Positions 61,138 to 64,000 of a stretch of 64,000 nt of DNA are shown piece by piece. Both the position numbers and the translations under genes were made by a program. The notes beneath the pieces are model-generated. The model ran no database searches, was not told where the DNA came from, and was given only the letters and a program-made list of their open reading frames with translations. This DNA comes from Azolla caroliniana (taxonomy: Eukaryota > Plantae > Polypodiophyta). The first letter of the stretch is position 1, and the number at the start of each line of letters is the position of its first letter. The DNA lies in assembly GCA_043228905.1 (NCBI GenBank), contig JBHGNT010000021.1:12710001-12774000 (forward strand). Reading direction: 5' to 3'.

Positions 61138-61772
61138 TGTCGTGAAGAAAACCGGCCATAGGCGGATTCGGACAAAAAGGCGCATGAACCGGCTCTTATA
61201 CGGATGGACGCATGAATTGATATTTTGATATTGATTCATAAATGGATCAACTGATGTAAATACTAAGTAGTGCACATTTATTAGGAGGGATTGTGGGTAT
61301 CTCTGTCAGAAGGGACAGGGAATAAAGCGATTTGACTAGGGAAAGGGCACCCCCTTTTGGGAACTATTTAAGAGAGGAGAGAAGGAAGAGGGGGGGATCG
61401 CACGTTAAGGAGGATGAAGTGTTGCAGGACCGAGAGCCGAACTCTCTCTCCTCCTCCGACCGTCATTCTCTGTGGGTGCGGGGAGTTCGACGCCTCTGCT
61501 TCGTGGGTAGCCCGTGCGCTGCCAGCAAAGGCTTTTCCTTCTGCGTTTCTCCGGTCCAGTGTGTTCCTCTGTGTGCGTGAGTAGGGTCCCTGTGTCGGGC
61601 CCATCGCCGCCTTGCCGGTTGTAACCGTCGGAGTTTGTAATCTCTTGTTATTGTAATCAAGTGTTCCGTTCTATATCTCTCCTTCTCGCTTCTGTGTGTC
61701 TGTGAATCTCTCGCTCTCTCGCTCCTCGGTCCAAGACCCCCGTGGTCCCGCCCCTTTTACACGCACGCGCGT
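61138..61772 (+). repeat. LTR of the Trp-primed group, cut about 12 bp before its end by a sister element
   Basis: Starts TGTCGTGAAGAAAACCGG and stops at CGCGCGT, where the sister LTR continues AACAACGCGACA. Confidence 0.8.
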
Positions 61773-62293
61773 TGTCGTGAAGAAAACCGGCCATAGGCGG
61801 AATCAGAGAGAAAGCGCATAAACCGGCCCTTACATGGATGGACGCGTGACTTGGTATTTTGTACACGAATCGGTGGAGATAAATACTAAGTCGCACGCAT
61901 TTATTAGGGGGGGGGGGGATTGTGCGTATCCCTGTCAGAGGGACAGGGAATAAAGAGAAGAGGACAAGAGAAAAGGGGTATCGTGCGTTGGAAAAGGAAG
62001 AGGGGTTACTGCAGAACGGAAGGAGGGAGCTCTCTCGAATCGTCGCTCTCTGCGGGTGTCGGGAGGTCGTTGCCTCTGCTTCGTGGACAGCCCGTGTGCT
62101 TCCAGCAGAGTCGCTCCCTTTCCCCTTTTGTTTCTTGGAGTCGTGTGACTGTCGTCGGTGTGCGTGAGTAGGGTCCCCGTGTCGGGTCCGTCGCCGCTTT
62201 GTCGATTGTAACTGTCGGAGTTTGTAATCTCTTGTCATTATAATTAAGTGTTATGTTCTATATCTCTCTTTCTCGCTTCTACATGTCGGTGAA

Positions 62294-62324
<31 letters not shown>

Positions 62325-64000
62325 CCTTGGTCCTCGGTCCAAGACCCCCGTGGTCCCGCCCCTTTCTACACGTACGCGCGTAACAACGCGACATATTTGG
62401 TGAACCCGACGTGAACGGGCGGCAAAGGAGTCGAAACATGAGGGGATAAGACCTAGCAGAGGCAATGGCGGTAGCCGTCGACCGGCTGGTAAGCGCTCGT
62501 GAGGGGATGGGTACCCCCGACAGAGCCATTGAATCAATCGTCGGCTCTATAGGCCGCTTCGGAGGGAAAGACGCCACAAGTTATTTGGAGGCTTACCGGG
62601 CCGAAATGATCATGAGGGATATCCCGGTGGACAGGCGGCTGTCCGGATTCCCTCGGGTCGTGACGCCGAGCATCCACGCGGAGGTGCTCGAGGTGCTGGC
62701 TGGATGCCAGACTTAGGAGGAGTTCGAGCTGCAGCTCCTCGAGAAGTACGGGTTTGACGACTCGCTTCGGTTGTCGAGGCGGAACTTCATGGCGTGGGTG
62801 GAAAGCCCTGGAAAGGGGAGGAACACGTTGGTGCTCCTCCAAGAGTTCGAAAAACGGTTTGCACGGTTGTCAACATTGGACCGGACGGTGCTCGAAATGA
62901 GTCGAGTACTACTGTTTGTCAAGTCGGTGGACGCGCTCGACAGGGAAAAGGTGGGTCCCCTATTGGAAACAGACGAAGGGCTCACGGCAAACTGGGCCGT
63001 GGTAAAATGGGTCTGAAGCTGTTTCGACAAACGATGCGATTGGAGCTACTAAAGCTCGTCGGGGTCAGGGCCGGTCCCGGGAAGGAGGCTCGAGGAGCCG
63101 GTATCGGTGCCGGCCGGTAGGAAGGAAGAGACCCGAATCTGGCTAGAGTCGGGGTCGGCATCGAAGGACGTGGTCAGAGGCCCATCCGGAGGAGCGGCTC
63201 TGGAGGAGCTGACACAAATGGTGTGCGACCTGCAGATCGCACAGGCCCGGAGAGACAGCGGCGAACAACCTCGCGACCGGAGGCCGCCGGCTGGGCAGCG
63301 GTGCATGTAGTGTGACGCGATCGGTCACATTCGGGAGGATTGTGCGGATTTCGCCGACACACTCAGGACCAACATGGTGTACCTCTGGAACAGGCGAGTG
63401 CACGCGAGCGAGACCCGGAGAGCCCTAGAACTAAATACGGGGCGCGACGAAATGAAGAGGTTGATGGAAGAGGCCGCGGCACGGCACGTTAAAGCCGTTA
63501 ACTACTCAGTGTCGGCGGGAATTCGGGTCGGGGGTGACGAGACCCGGAAGGTGAAGGACTCCGGATTCTGGCCGCTAGTGCTAGAAGGCCTCTTCGGAGT
63601 TCAGCTGAAGAAGGAAGAGGCGGACCGCGCGGAGCAGAGGGTCCAGAAGGTCACCGGTTGGGACGATCCGGTCGAAGAGAAAACAGGCTTCGTAGAAGCC
63701 GCTTGCTAGAACTACAAGGTTCTGGTGGAGGACAAATGGGCAGGAAAGGCTGGAGGGGTCGGTCCCCCATAGAGGTATGAGACCCGGTTCGGACCGAAAC
63801 CGACCGGTGCCGACAACCCAAGCGCGCCGGACGGAAAGAAGCAGGCGGGGTTTCGGTTGAGCACCGAAATCGAAAGGACCACAGACCTGCGAAAGGTCCT
63901 GGAGGAACGTATCCTCGATAGTAAAGTGGAGCTCTCGTTGCGGGAGGTGCTGGGAATCGCCAAGAGGGAGTTCCACGACTCCATCGTAGACTTGGTGAAG
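61773..64000 (+). mobile_element. 5' part of a decayed Trp-primed Ty3 element: LTR 61773-62393, PBS 62398-62415, gag pseudogene from 62448
   Basis: PBS TGGTGAACCCGACGTGAA. gag homologous to 2-544 with stops. Zinc knuckle CM*CDAIGHIREDC near 63302-63345. Confidence 0.85.

Overview
This 64-kb window is almost entirely a nested pile of retrotransposons from a eukaryote, most likely a non-seed land plant (inferred from a self-priming Tcn1-like chromovirus, a tRNA-Trp-primed Ty3 family and RTEX-like LINEs). I found no host gene. Two elements look intact and very young, with LTRs identical by eye and perfect 5-bp TSDs: a Ty3/gypsy chromovirus (2849-8621, minus strand) and a Tnt1/Tork-like Ty1/copia (25574-30933, minus strand). 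Around them are five decayed copia elements, two decayed chromoviruses, several Trp-primed Ty3 pieces, solo LTRs and two LINEs. The most unusual signals are: (1) ten tRNA-like RNA Pol III A-box/B-box modules with fixed 43-44 nt spacing, always in U3 and antisense to the element, in eight LTRs of about four families; (2) the TGTCG...CGACA LTR group sits on N-CG-N sites at 6 of 6 readable junctions, with 4-bp TSDs; (3) two LINEs inserted into the two (AG)n tracts of one LTR; (4) copia elements with a duplicated PPT and a charged extension after RNase H; (5) a Tf1-type self-priming PBS and a -1 frameshift hairpin in the chromoviruses. All alignments were made by eye, so boundaries in decayed copies are approximate.
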